Shown here: positions 8,743 to 18,235 of the stretch, one piece after another
Layout: each line of letters opens with the position of its first letter
How positions within the stretch are numbered: the stretch's first letter is position 1
NCBI GenBank assembly: GCA_003598025.1
Contig: QZKH01000002.1
Coordinates: forward strand, 138,133-202,132
Origin: Candidatus Omnitrophota bacterium
GTDB taxonomy: Bacteria > Omnitrophota > Gorgyraeia > Gygaellales > Profunditerraquicolaceae
Length of the DNA stretch: 64,000 nt
Direction: 5' to 3'
Notes under the pieces: generated by a model
Databases searched by the model: none
The model's input: only the letters and a program-made list of their open reading frames with translations
What the model was told of the DNA's origin: nothing
Made by a program: the position numbers and the translations under genes

Positions 8743-9138
8743 ATGGCAAGAAAAAGCAAAACAAGGTTTAATGAGCTTAAAGAGTTATTTAAGACCCTTC
8801 ATGGGCCTAAAGGGTGCCTCTGGGATAAAAAACAGACTCATAAATCACTTATCCCTTATCTGAAAGAAGAAACGGCGGAGTTTATCGCAGCATTAAGGAG
8901 CAATAAGCCTCAGTGCATAAAAGAAGAACTGGGTGATATTTTATTACAAGTCATGTTTCATTCACAGATTGCTTCTAAAGAGGGATGGTTTGATATTGAA
9001 GACGTAGTCGCTTCATTGATAAGTAAGCTGAAAAGAAGGCACCCCCATGTGTTTTCAGGTGTTAAAGTCAAGTCAACGCACCAGATTATAAGAAACTGGA
9101 ATAAGATAAAGATACTGGAAAAGTCGGGCAGGTTTTAG
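8743..9138 (+). CDS. MazG-family nucleoside triphosphate pyrophosphohydrolase
   Basis: EETAEFIAAL and EELGDILLQV MazG EExx(E/D) motifs. Confidence 0.7.
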   Translation: MARKSKTRFNELKELFKTLHGPKGCLWDKKQTHKSLIPYLKEETAEFIAALRSNKPQCIKEELGDILLQVMFHSQIASKEGWFDIEDVVASLISKLKRRHPHVFSGVKVKSTHQIIRNWNKIKILEKSGRF

Positions 9139-9151
9139 TACGCGAGAATTA

Positions 9152-9180
9152 TTGACAACATATAAATAAGGTGCTTAAAT
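9152..9180 (+). promoter_or_regulatory. Sigma70-type promoter for the thi leader
   Basis: TTGACA (9152..9157), 17-nt spacer, TTAAAT (9175..9180). Confidence 0.4.
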
Positions 9181-9187
9181 AAAATAT

Positions 9188-9452
9188 GCGGGGAGGTCGT
9201 TAAACGGCCTGAGAGTTCTGTCAAATAAACAGATTACCCGATGAACCTGAATCGCCTGCAATAAACATATTAGGCGATTTCTCTGAAGCTCCGTTAAGAT
9301 CAGTTATATGTGAGCGAAGGGGAACTGGATAATGCCAGCGTTCCGAAGTTACGCTATGCGTAAGCCGGAACGTCCCGAATGTAACATCGGGACGTAGGGA
9401 TACTTGAGATATAATTCAGCCCCTAGGCGTTGGCATAGGGGTTTTTTATTTT
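9188..9452 (+). promoter_or_regulatory. TPP (THI-element) riboswitch-like leader, atypically long, ending in an intrinsic terminator
   Basis: TPP-aptamer segments appear in the right order: GGGGAGG...GGCCUGAGAG, ACCCGAUGAACCUGAAUC, CUGGAUAAUGCCAGCG, GUAGGGAUA. They are separated by GC-rich hairpin insertions. Terminator CCCCTAGGC-GTTGGC-ATAGGGG plus a T-tract at 9421..9450 abuts the thiS start. Downstream genes are thiSGHF. Confidence 0.6.
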
Positions 9453-9464
9453 ATGGGAGAGAGT

Positions 9465-9665
9465 ATGTTTATAAAGATTAACGGTGTGAAGTCAGAAAGC
9501 AACAGGTATCTGACAGTTGCAGATTTAGTCAGCGACAAAAAATTTAATCCTAAAACAATTGTTATAGAGCTTAACCGCGATATTATTGATCCCAAAGATT
9601 GGCCCAAGACTGTTTTAAAAGAGGGTGATTCGCTGGAAATAATATCATTTGTTGGTGGAGGGTAG
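9465..9665 (+). CDS. thiS: Sulfur carrier protein ThiS
   Basis: 66-aa product MFIKINGVK... ending in GGG; RBS GGGAGAGAG. The ORF track starts at ATG 9453 but that ATG sits inside the terminator U-tract, so 9465 is preferred. Confidence 0.75.
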   Translation: MFIKINGVKSESNRYLTVADLVSDKKFNPKTIVIELNRDIIDPKDWPKTVLKEGDSLEIISFVGGG

Positions 9666-9670
9666 CAGAG

Positions 9671-10438
9671 ATGGATGATTATTTGATGATAGGTGGCAGA
9701 AAAATAAAGAACAGGTTTTTCTTAGGCACAGGGAAATTCCCGTCCTATTCTTTAATGAAGGATGCGATTGTAAGCTCTGCAGCGGAAGTTATTACTGTTG
9801 CATTAAGAAGGGTGGATGATAGCTCAAGAGAGGATAATATCCTGGAATATATTCCCAAAGGGTCTATTCTTATGACAAATACTTCCGGGGCGAGAAATGC
9901 CGATGAGGCAGTGCGTATTGCACATCTGGCAAGAGCCGCGGGTTGCGGGGACTGGATAAAGATAGAGATAATAAATGATAATAAATTTCTTCTCCCGGAC
10001 AACGCCGAGACCATTAAGGCAGCACACATATTAGCAAAAGAGAATTTTATCGTTATGCCGTATATTAATCCGGATTTGATGGATGCAAAAAGATTGCTTG
10101 ATGCCGGAGCTTCTTCTATTATGCCCTTAGGCGCTCCCATCGGCACAAATAAAGGCCTACGCACTAAAGAGATTATAAAGATACTTATTGAAGAGATTGA
10201 TTTACCTGTAATTGTTGATGCCGGTATAGGCAGGCCTTCTGCCGCAGCCGAAGCTATGGAGATGGGTTGTTCAGCTGTTTTGGTCAATACTGCAATAGCA
10301 ACGGCAAATGATCCTGCCATGGCGGCAAGATCATTTTCTAAGGCTGTTGAGGCCGGAAGATTTGCATATCTCTGCGGGTTAGAAGGTGAAAAAGATTATC
10401 CTCAGGCATCATCGCCCCTCACAGGATTCTTAAGGTAG
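9671..10438 (+). CDS. thiG: Thiazole synthase
   Basis: [20 protein letters not shown]-terminus and overall ThiG TIM-barrel similarity. Confidence 0.9.
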   Translation: MDDYLMIGGRKIKNRFFLGTGKFPSYSLMKDAIVSSAAEVITVALRRVDDSSREDNILEYIPKGSILMTNTSGARNADEAVRIAHLARAAGCGDWIKIEIINDNKFLLPDNAETIKAAHILAKENFIVMPYINPDLMDAKRLLDAGASSIMPLGAPIGTNKGLRTKEIIKILIEEIDLPVIVDAGIGRPSAAAEAMEMGCSAVLVNTAIATANDPAMAARSFSKAVEAGRFAYLCGLEGEKDYPQASSPLTGFLR

Positions 10439-10444
10439 CCGGGT

Positions 10445-11557
10445 ATGATAAAAAATTCATTTTACGATATTTATGAAAAATACAAGGCTTTTGATTTTGA
10501 GGGGTTTTTTGTTAACGTAAGAGATGACAGAATAACAAAAATTATAAATAAAGATTCTTTAAGAGAAGAGGATTTCCTATGCCTGCTTTCTGATGCTGCA
10601 ACTGGATTTCTTGAGCAAATAGCGGTTAAGGCAAGGAATATAACAATAAAAAACTTCGGCAGGGTCATCTGTCTTTATGCGCCGTTATATTTAAGCAATT
10701 ATTGTGAAAATGAATGTTTGTATTGTGGATTCAGCAATCGCAATAAAATAAAAAGGAAGAGGCTAAGCAAGGATGAGCTGGGAACCGAAGCCAAAGCAAT
10801 CCGGGATACCGGCATACGGCACATTCTTGTTCTGACCGGTGAATCAAGGAAAATGAGCGCGCTTCCTTATATAAGCGAATGTATAGAGACCTTAAGAGAA
10901 TATTTTACTTCCATATCAATAGAAATATATCCGCTTGAATCTGCAGAGTATAAGGAGCTTATTAATACAGGAGCGGATGGTCTGGCTATTTACCAGGAGA
11001 CATATGATAGAACAAGGTACCAGGAGTTACATTCAGGCGGGCCAAAAAGCGATTATCTTTACCGTTTGGATGCCCCGGAGAGAGCTTGTATGGCCGGGAT
11101 AAGAAGCGTAAGCATAGGCGCATTGCTGGGCTTGTCAGAATTTAGAAAGGATATTTTTTTTACAGGCCTGCACGCGAGCTATCTACAGAGAAAATTCCCT
11201 AGTGTTGAATTTAGCGTTTCTTTGCCGAGACTACAACCGCAAATAGGCGGTTTCAAGCCTTTTGTCCAGGTTAGCGATAAAGATCTTGTCCAGGCAATGC
11301 TTGCTTTAAGGTTGTTTATACCCAGGCTGGGTATAAATATATCTACCCGTGAAAATTCTCAGTTCAGGAGTAATATAATCGGCCTTGGGGTTACGCGTAT
11401 GTCAGCAGGCTCAAAGACTGAAGTGGGGGGTTATTCTCAGAAACAGAAGACCGAGGGCCAATTTGAGATCCTTGATAAAAGCAGTGTTAGTGAAGTAAAG
11501 AATATGATCCGTGAAAGAGGTTACCAGCCGGTGATGAAGGATTGGCAGGTATTATGA
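10445..11557 (+). CDS. thiH: 2-iminoacetate synthase (radical SAM)
   Basis: Radical-SAM CxxxCxxC (CENECLYCGF). Lies between thiG and thiF. Confidence 0.8.
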   Translation: MIKNSFYDIYEKYKAFDFEGFFVNVRDDRITKIINKDSLREEDFLCLLSDAATGFLEQIAVKARNITIKNFGRVICLYAPLYLSNYCENECLYCGFSNRNKIKRKRLSKDELGTEAKAIRDTGIRHILVLTGESRKMSALPYISECIETLREYFTSISIEIYPLESAEYKELINTGADGLAIYQETYDRTRYQELHSGGPKSDYLYRLDAPERACMAGIRSVSIGALLGLSEFRKDIFFTGLHASYLQRKFPSVEFSVSLPRLQPQIGGFKPFVQVSDKDLVQAMLALRLFIPRLGINISTRENSQFRSNIIGLGVTRMSAGSKTEVGGYSQKQKTEGQFEILDKSSVSEVKNMIRERGYQPVMKDWQVL

Positions 11558-12177
11558 ATTTATTCGAAAAAGAATTAGCAGGATATTTTGGGCCGCATAA
11601 ATTGAGGAAAATACAATCTGTCAGGGTCGGGATTGCCGGACTCGGAGGGCTTGGATCAAATTGTGCTTTTAATCTTGCGAGAAGCGGGTTTAAGAAGTTT
11701 GTGTTGTGTGATTTCGATGTCGTAGCTGTTAAAAACCTAAATAGGCAATTTTACTTTATGGAACAGGTCGGAATGCAGAAAACCAGGGCCTTGCAGTCAA
11801 ATCTGCTAAGAATAAACCCGCATTTGGAGATCATAGTTAAAAACAATAGAATAGATGAGAAGAATATAAAAACAATATTTTCGGGGTGCCAAATAGTAGT
11901 TGAGGCATTTGATAGCGCGGCTTGTAAGAAAATGGCGGCACAGGCATTTATGAATTCGTCAAAATTATTAGTCTCCGCTTCGGGACTTGCCGGATGGGGC
12001 AGGAGCGATGATGTTGTTACCAGAAAATTGAGAGATAATTTTTACCTGATCGGTGATTTAGAATCAGAAGCAAGTAAAATATTGCCGCCATGTTCTCCGA
12101 GGGTAAATGTGGCAGCTGCAAAACAGGCCGATGTTATATTAAATTGGGCAATACAAAAAAAATATAAAAAAACTTGA
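11542..12177 (+). CDS. thiF: ThiF/MoeB-type E1-like adenylyltransferase
   Basis: Nucleotide-binding VGIAGLGGLGSNCAFNLARSG. Confidence 0.8.
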   Translation: MAGIMNLFEKELAGYFGPHKLRKIQSVRVGIAGLGGLGSNCAFNLARSGFKKFVLCDFDVVAVKNLNRQFYFMEQVGMQKTRALQSNLLRINPHLEIIVKNNRIDEKNIKTIFSGCQIVVEAFDSAACKKMAAQAFMNSSKLLVSASGLAGWGRSDDVVTRKLRDNFYLIGDLESEASKILPPCSPRVNVAAAKQADVILNWAIQKKYKKT

Positions 12178-12201
12178 CAAATTTACAAAATGTTATATAC
12201 T
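12174..12201 (+). promoter_or_regulatory. Sigma70-type promoter of the rrf2 gene
   Basis: TTGACA (12174..12179), 16 nt, TATACT (12196..12201). Confidence 0.5.
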
Positions 12202-12240
12202 TTATCTACTTGATTATATAAGTAATGTTTCGGAGAATTT

Positions 12241-12672
12241 ATGAAGCTATCAGCAAAAGTTGAATATGCTTACAAGGCTGTGTTAGAACTGGCAATAAGG
12301 TATGGGGATAAATCGCCTATTCAACTGGCAACTATCTCTGAAGCCCAGGGGATACCAAAGAAATTTTTGACCCAGTTATTCATCAGGTTAAAGAATGCTA
12401 ACTTAGTTACCAGCGAAAGAGGGGTAGCCGGAGGTTATTATCTTACCAAACCTCCTTCACAGATAGCCTTAGCCGATGTAATAACAGCTATAGATGACAG
12501 CATTATGGCTTCTTCATCAAGGAAGAAACTTAACAAGATGAGAGAATCCGAAAAGATTATATTCCGAATATGGAGAGATATAAACGACCAGATAGCGACA
12601 AATTTTAAGCACATCACTTTTGATCAGATAGCCGCACAGGTCCGTAATGAGCAGTTAACTTACTATATTTAA
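12241..12672 (+). CDS. Rrf2-family transcriptional regulator (CymR-like, no Fe-S Cys triad)
   Basis: wHTH region LATISEAQGIPKKFLTQLFIRLKNANLVTSERGVAGGYYL. Followed by a short hairpin and T-tract at about 12690..12712. Confidence 0.8.
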   Translation: MKLSAKVEYAYKAVLELAIRYGDKSPIQLATISEAQGIPKKFLTQLFIRLKNANLVTSERGVAGGYYLTKPPSQIALADVITAIDDSIMASSSRKKLNKMRESEKIIFRIWRDINDQIATNFKHITFDQIAAQVRNEQLTYYI

Positions 12673-12772
12673 TTTACAAAATCAGACCCAATGTAGGGTA
12701 TTTTTTTATTGTTTTAATGATTACTAACTTAATTATAATAATAATGTATCAATAACAGAAAGGAGAAGTAAG

Positions 12773-13495
12773 GTGAGCTTGTTAAATAACAACGATGATT
12801 TGAAGGTTTTAGTGGAGAAGCTAAATTTTAAAGAAAAGGTTGAGCGGTCTAAGGAGCTTATAAGGCAGGCGTATGCGCGTTACGGCGATGCTTTAGTGGT
12901 TGCTAACAGTCTGGGCAAGGACTCGGTAGCAGTCTGGGATCTTGCTAAGAAAGTAAACCCTAAGATCCGTGGGTTTATCGTCACAACTAGATTCAAGCCT
13001 GCTGAAACCGTTAAATTCATGAATGATGAAGTTTCCCGTTACCCGGAGTTAAAGGTTTATAAAAATGACTCAGAAATACAGGAGCGATTGTACCAGACTG
13101 ATCCTGATAAATGCTGCGATATCCTGAAAGTTGAGCCTGTCAAACGGGCGATAGAGGAGATGGGGGTTAAGTGCTGGGTGACAGGTCTGCGCTGCACGGA
13201 AGGGCGCACCCGTACAGATTTTAAGGAAGTTGAGGAAAGAGATAAAGATTTAATTAAACTTAATCCGATATTAATCTGGAAAGAGCGGGAAGTCTGGCAG
13301 TATTTAGCGCTCTATCAAGTTCCGGTTAACCCGCTTTATGCAGAAGGGTATCGTTCTCTTGGTTGCGCTCCCTGCACCAGGATAACCAATGATGATAATG
13401 AACGTGCTGGTAGATGGATCGGTACCAGTAAATGCGGCGGTGAGTGCGGGATACATACACGGCCTTTAAAAAATATTGACGGAGGGGGAATTTGA
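12773..13495 (+). CDS. cysH: Phosphoadenosine/adenosine phosphosulfate reductase (thioredoxin-dependent)
   Basis: PP-loop SLGKDS, CC pair (DKCCD) and C-terminal SLGCAPCT...KCGGECGIH as in Fe-S APS reductases. GTG start with RBS AAAGGAGAAG. Confidence 0.8.
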   Translation: MSLLNNNDDLKVLVEKLNFKEKVERSKELIRQAYARYGDALVVANSLGKDSVAVWDLAKKVNPKIRGFIVTTRFKPAETVKFMNDEVSRYPELKVYKNDSEIQERLYQTDPDKCCDILKVEPVKRAIEEMGVKCWVTGLRCTEGRTRTDFKEVEERDKDLIKLNPILIWKEREVWQYLALYQVPVNPLYAEGYRSLGCAPCTRITNDDNERAGRWIGTSKCGGECGIHTRPLKNIDGGGI

Positions 13496-14466
13496 GTATT
13501 ATTGGTTTAGCGTTAATAATAATCTCAGTTTTTCTGGCTTTAAATATGGGGGTGAGCGGATTTTCTGTTTCTTTCGCGCCTTCATATGGCAGCCGCTTAT
13601 TGAATAAGAAAAGAGCAGCTTTTCTATACGGCATATTTGTTTTTTTGGGTGGGGTTTTAATCGGCCCGCGTGTAGTTTATACTTTGGTAAATAAAATCTC
13701 GCTACAACAGGTTAATCCTGTATCCGGGCTATTAATTTTATTTTCTGCCGGGGTGATGATGTTTTTGAGCAATTTATTGAAAGTTCCGCAATCTACATCG
13801 TTTGTTGCTGTAGCCAGCTTCTTAGGAGCTGGTTTATTTTACAAGAAAGTAAACTGGCAGACCATAATACTCATTTTGGCTGTTGCGGTTATATTTTCTG
13901 CGCTGTCATTCATCATTACTCTTTTCATTAAGAAACAAATATATCCTCCGAAACCGGGGAATCTGAAACTCTATGAGAATTTTTATATTCATAGGAATAA
14001 ATTCAAGAAATTTATAATTATTACAGACATATATTCAGCATTCGGGATAGGCACAAACAATGTCGCTAATGTTATAGCTCCTTTAGCTGCATCGATGCCC
14101 ATAAATCCTATTTTGGCACTTGCAATAGCCGGGCCGCTTTTTGGTGTGGGAGCATATATTTCCGGAGAGAAGGTTATTAATACTGTTTCCCGGGAGATTG
14201 TTCCGATAGGAGAGATTTCTGCCACGATAATTTCATTTATTACAGCAAGTTTTGTTATTATTGCTTCTCTTTTGGGTTTACCGACACCGTATGTTCAATT
14301 CACAACGTTTTCTTTGCTAGGAATCAGCTGTGTAAAAGACGGACTAAAAGCGACCCTTAATAAGTCAATCGTAAAAAAAATATTGTGGGTATGGATTTTA
14401 ATACCGATTGCCACGACATTATTAAGTTATATTTTACATTTTATTTTTTATAATCGTGTACGTTAA
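13492..14466 (+). CDS. PiT-family anion permease (CysP-like putative sulfate permease)
   Basis: Multi-TM protein with the PiT signature in the C-terminal repeat (FGIGTNNVANVIAPLA). Sits between cysH and cysK, as B. subtilis cysP does. Confidence 0.6.
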   Translation: MSIIGLALIIISVFLALNMGVSGFSVSFAPSYGSRLLNKKRAAFLYGIFVFLGGVLIGPRVVYTLVNKISLQQVNPVSGLLILFSAGVMMFLSNLLKVPQSTSFVAVASFLGAGLFYKKVNWQTIILILAVAVIFSALSFIITLFIKKQIYPPKPGNLKLYENFYIHRNKFKKFIIITDIYSAFGIGTNNVANVIAPLAASMPINPILALAIAGPLFGVGAYISGEKVINTVSREIVPIGEISATIISFITASFVIIASLLGLPTPYVQFTTFSLLGISCVKDGLKATLNKSIVKKILWVWILIPIATTLLSYILHFIFYNRVR

Positions 14467-14483
14467 AGTAGGGAGAATGAATT

Positions 14484-15422
14484 ATGCATAGCAAGGAAAA
14501 TGATATTTATACCAATATTTTAGGTGCAATCGGCAGCACACCTTTAGTCATGCTTAATCGTATCATTGAGCCCGGGATGGCACAGGTGTTGGCTAAGGTT
14601 GAATCATTTAACCCTGGCGGTAGCGTAAAAGACAGGATTGCTAAGGCAATGATTGAAGATGCTGAAGAAAAAGGCTTATTAAAGCCTGGTTCAGTTGTAA
14701 TCGAACCCACTAGCGGCAATACCGGGATTGGGTTGGCTATGGTCTGCGCGGTCAAGGGATACCGGTGCATCTTGACGATGCCCGATACAATGAGTCTGGA
14801 GAGGGTGTATATTTTAAAAGCGTATAATGCCGAAGTCGTTTTAACTCCGGGTAATGAAGGTATGGATGGGGCGATAAAGAAAGCTGAAGAATTGTATCGA
14901 AGACTTCCGAATGCCTATACGCCGCAGCAGTTTAAACATCTTGCTAATCCTAAGGTCCATCGCGAGACTACGGCCAAAGAAATACTTTCTCAAACTAAAG
15001 GTAAGTTGGATGCTTTTGTCGCCGGCGTTGGTACAGGAGGAACGATTACCGGAGTCGGAGAAGTGCTTAAAGACCATAATAATAAGATTAAGATTGTTGC
15101 CGTTGAGCCGGAGAATAGCGCAGTATTATCTGGGAGAAAACAGGGCCAGCATAAAATTCAGGGAATAGGCGCCGGTTTTGTGCCGGAAATATTAAATACG
15201 AAAATTATAGATAGAATTATCACTGTTACCGATCAGGAGGCTTACGATGCCACAAGGCAACTAGCCAAAAAAGAAGGAATATTCGGCGGCCCATCTTCTG
15301 GGGCCGCTCTGGTTGCGGCTTTAAAGATAGCGCAGGAGCTGGGCAAAGATAAAAGGGTAATCACGATATTTCCTGATACGGGAGAAAGGTATTTTTCTGT
15401 AACCCAGTATTTTGAATTTTAA
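14484..15422 (+). CDS. cysK: Cysteine synthase A (O-acetylserine sulfhydrylase)
   Basis: PLP-lysine motif SVKDRIA, TSGNTGIGLA, GIGAGF. Confidence 0.9.
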   Translation: MHSKENDIYTNILGAIGSTPLVMLNRIIEPGMAQVLAKVESFNPGGSVKDRIAKAMIEDAEEKGLLKPGSVVIEPTSGNTGIGLAMVCAVKGYRCILTMPDTMSLERVYILKAYNAEVVLTPGNEGMDGAIKKAEELYRRLPNAYTPQQFKHLANPKVHRETTAKEILSQTKGKLDAFVAGVGTGGTITGVGEVLKDHNNKIKIVAVEPENSAVLSGRKQGQHKIQGIGAGFVPEILNTKIIDRIITVTDQEAYDATRQLAKKEGIFGGPSSGAALVAALKIAQELGKDKRVITIFPDTGERYFSVTQYFEF

Positions 15423-15436
15423 CCGAGGCTAAGGCG

Positions 15437-15952
15437 ATGAATGAATTTTACTATCCCATAGCTCTAAAGATTAAGGGCAAGAGTGCGTTGGTCATAGGGG
15501 GGGGCAAGATTGCAGAACGCAAGATAACGACCTTGCTTAAGTTTAGGGTGCGTATTCGTGTAGTTGCACCAGATTTAACCCCAGTATTAAAAAAGCATTT
15601 TGAATCCGGATCTATCGTTTGGCGGCGCAGGGTAGTTAAGCCGCAGGATATTAAAAACGCTGATATTATTGTTGCGGCTACATCTGATCCAGTAGTTAAC
15701 AAAAAAGTAAGCAGATGGGCTAAAAAAGAAAACATTTTGGTAAATGTCGTAGATGAACCTGAATTAAGTAGCTTTATTTCGCCGGCAATATTATCTGCAT
15801 CAAGGGCTATTGTGGCCGTGTATACACATGGCAGGGATCCGGTATTGTCCCGGGATTTGAAGAATTTCTTGAAGGAGAATTGGAATGGATTTTTATCTTA
15901 TAGGAGTAGATTACAGAAGCGCATCATTAGAGAAACGGGAAGAAGTTTATAA
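15437..15952 (+). CDS. sirC: Precorrin-2 dehydrogenase / sirohydrochlorin ferrochelatase (SirC/CysG N-domain-like)
   Basis: Rossmann ALVIGGGKIAERK and the siroheme-synthase N-terminal fold. Confidence 0.7.
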   Translation: MNEFYYPIALKIKGKSALVIGGGKIAERKITTLLKFRVRIRVVAPDLTPVLKKHFESGSIVWRRRVVKPQDIKNADIIVAATSDPVVNKKVSRWAKKENILVNVVDEPELSSFISPAILSASRAIVAVYTHGRDPVLSRDLKNFLKENWNGFLSYRSRLQKRIIRETGRSL

Positions 15953-16859
15953 GAAGCGGCATCTTTTAGAGGCTTTCTTAAAGGACGGTTTTGGCGGCCG
16001 CGCTGCTGTCATTTTTACTTGCAATAGGATAGAAATTTATGGTGTTGCCGAAGGCCTTTCGCAGGCAGAGCAGGATGTTAAGAGGTTACATTTTTCTTAC
16101 GGGAACTTTTTCGAAAATGGGTACAATAAGCTGGGCGAAAAAGAAGTTTTCTTACACGCTTTGCGCCTTGCTTCCGGCTTAGAATCACAATTGAAGGGAG
16201 AGGCCCAAATTTTGGATCAGCTTGAATCTTGGTGCTTGCAAGGGCCTCTTCCTTATGCTTTGCGGCAGTTGTTGTCCGAGGCGCTTATTTTGTCCGGCCA
16301 AATAAGGTTAAAATCAGGATTATACGGCCATGCGGATAATATCGCTGGTTTGGTTATCAGGCAATTATCAGTGTTGCCCATGCGAAAAGATAAATTCAAG
16401 ATCGCTTTGTTAGGTACCGGTAAAGTAGCCGAACTTTTTTCCAGGTTACCTTTTGATAATATTTTCATCAGTTTTGTCGCGCATAAAAATTTATCCAAGG
16501 CAAGATATTTAGCAGGTGAATGCAGAGGTGGCGTCAGCTCTTTCGCAGATTTACCGTATCTGCTTTTAGATGTTGATGCGTTGGTAGCAGCAACTGCCAG
16601 CCCGCATTTCGTATTAAGAGAGGATCATTTTATCAGTAGCATAGAAAAACGCACCTCTCCTTTATATATATATGACCTGGCTTTACCAAGGGATATAGAC
16701 CCGAAAGTAAGTAAGCTAAAAAATGTTATCTTGCGTAACCAGGATGATTTAAAGGCCGAATTTGAGGAACACAATAGGCGCTTAAACAGAAAAATCAGTT
16801 TAGCTGAACGGCTGATTGATGAAGTAGCTTACAATTGGCAGGAGAAGACATATGCTTAA
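15885..16859 (+). CDS. hemA: Glutamyl-tRNA reductase
   Basis: Catalytic TCNRIEIYG motif and NADPH domain LLGTGKVAE. Overlaps the sirC end by 68 nt, so the true start may be further downstream. Confidence 0.8.
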   Translation: MDFYLIGVDYRSASLEKREEVYKKRHLLEAFLKDGFGGRAAVIFTCNRIEIYGVAEGLSQAEQDVKRLHFSYGNFFENGYNKLGEKEVFLHALRLASGLESQLKGEAQILDQLESWCLQGPLPYALRQLLSEALILSGQIRLKSGLYGHADNIAGLVIRQLSVLPMRKDKFKIALLGTGKVAELFSRLPFDNIFISFVAHKNLSKARYLAGECRGGVSSFADLPYLLLDVDALVAATASPHFVLREDHFISSIEKRTSPLYIYDLALPRDIDPKVSKLKNVILRNQDDLKAEFEEHNRRLNRKISLAERLIDEVAYNWQEKTYA

Positions 16860-17505
16860 GGTAATAAAAGCCGGTTCCCGGCCAAGCCGGCTGGCAATAG
16901 AGCAGGTCAAAGAAATACAGTCATTATTGCCTGAGGTTAGGCTCAAACAGGTATCAATAGATACAACAGGAGACCTTGATAAAAATACTCCGTTGTTTTT
17001 AAGGGAGGGTTCGGATTTTTTTACAAGGGAGATAGAAAATGCATTAATAATAGGCAAGATTGATGCAGCAATACACAGCGCCAAGGACTTAGAAGTTAAT
17101 CCTCCGAAAGAGTTGGTTACTGCTGCGATAACAAAATCGATTAGTATATACGACTGCCTGGTTTCGCGCGGTAATTTGCCTTTGGATAAATTGCCAGGAG
17201 GCTCCATAGTGGGCACAAGCAGTTTTTCGCGTAAACAGGCTATCATCGGATATCGAAGCGACCTTAAGCCGAAGGATATACGTGGCAACATCGACGAAAG
17301 GTTGAAACAGCTGGAAGAAGGAAATTATGATGCTGTTATCATAGCCCATGCAGCGCTGCTTCGCCTGGGTTATCAGGATAAAATAGCGCAGGTTATTCCA
17401 ACTAATATCATTAAACCCAATCCTTTACAGGGGTGCCTGGCTATACAGGTCTTAAGAACAAGAAGGGATTTACTGGAACTATTCGGGAGGCTGCATGCAA
17501 ATTAG
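16852..17505 (+). CDS. hemC: Hydroxymethylbilane synthase (porphobilinogen deaminase), domains 1-2 only; C-terminal domain 3 absent
   Basis: KAGSRPSRLAIEQ matches the HemC N-terminal motif. The ORF ends at 217 aa, overlapping the cobA start, before the position of the cofactor-binding Cys domain. Confidence 0.75.
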   Translation: MLKVIKAGSRPSRLAIEQVKEIQSLLPEVRLKQVSIDTTGDLDKNTPLFLREGSDFFTREIENALIIGKIDAAIHSAKDLEVNPPKELVTAAITKSISIYDCLVSRGNLPLDKLPGGSIVGTSSFSRKQAIIGYRSDLKPKDIRGNIDERLKQLEEGNYDAVIIAHAALLRLGYQDKIAQVIPTNIIKPNPLQGCLAIQVLRTRRDLLELFGRLHAN

Positions 17506-18235
17506 AAAAGGAAAGGTTTATATTGTCGGAGCAGGCCCCGGGGACTGGAAACTTATCAGCGTAAAGGGGCTGGAGGCGATAAAGAATGCCGAGGTTATCG
17601 TGTATGATTTTTTAAGCTCAAAGGCATTATTAAGATTCGCAAGGAGCAAGACTGAGATAATCTGCGCCGGTAAATCCGACGGATTGCATATTATGGAACA
17701 GGGCAGTATTAATAGGCTTATTTATAACAAAGCCAGGCATGGCAGGATTGTCGTAAGGTTAAAAGGCGGCGATCCTTTTCTTTTCAGTCGCGGGATAGAA
17801 GAGGCCTTATATCTAAAGAGGAAAGGAATAGATTTTGAGATTATACCCGGGGTCACTTCGGCTTTTGCCGCACCTGAAAGTTTTGGGATACCGCTATCAA
17901 GGAAAGGAAAGTATTCTTCAGTCGCTGTTCTGGCAGGCAGGAAAAGCAATAAGGCAGATCTCGATGCGCCTTTATGCGATACGCTTGTGTATTTAATGGG
18001 GGTGGCAAATATAAAAAATATCGTAAAGGCAGTTTTAAAGTCCGGCAGGGACAAGCTTACACCGTGCGCCTTCATTGAAAAAGCCACAACGAATGACGAA
18101 AGGATAATCACCGGTAATTTATCAAATATAATTGACAAGGCTTATGAATATTCTGTGAAACCTCCGGCAGTGCTGGTGATAGGACAGGTTGTAAAATATG
18201 GCAAGAGACTTATACCCAAAAAATATCGAAACTAA
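17495..18235 (+). CDS. cobA: Uroporphyrinogen-III C-methyltransferase (SUMT)
   Basis: VYIVGAGPGD, GGDPF, VPGVTSA tetrapyrrole methylase motifs. Confidence 0.85.
   Translation: MQIRKGKVYIVGAGPGDWKLISVKGLEAIKNAEVIVYDFLSSKALLRFARSKTEIICAGKSDGLHIMEQGSINRLIYNKARHGRIVVRLKGGDPFLFSRGIEEALYLKRKGIDFEIIPGVTSAFAAPESFGIPLSRKGKYSSVAVLAGRKSNKADLDAPLCDTLVYLMGVANIKNIVKAVLKSGRDKLTPCAFIEKATTNDERIITGNLSNIIDKAYEYSVKPPAVLVIGQVVKYGKRLIPKKYRN

Noticed and set aside
9745-10320. 191-aa - strand ORF antisense to thiG. The same applies to the other long antisense ORFs, e.g. 22986..23609, 28230..28682, 38845..39351, 42321..42854 and 61900..62430.
   Set aside because: Each is fully embedded antisense within a well-supported + strand gene with clear homology. 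No RBS or functional motifs.
15885-15952. 68-nt overlap between the sirC end and the hemA start as a frameshift or pseudogene signal
   Set aside because: Both products align over their full lengths to their families. The overlap more likely reflects an upstream start call for hemA (a later in-frame start is possible) than a disrupted gene.
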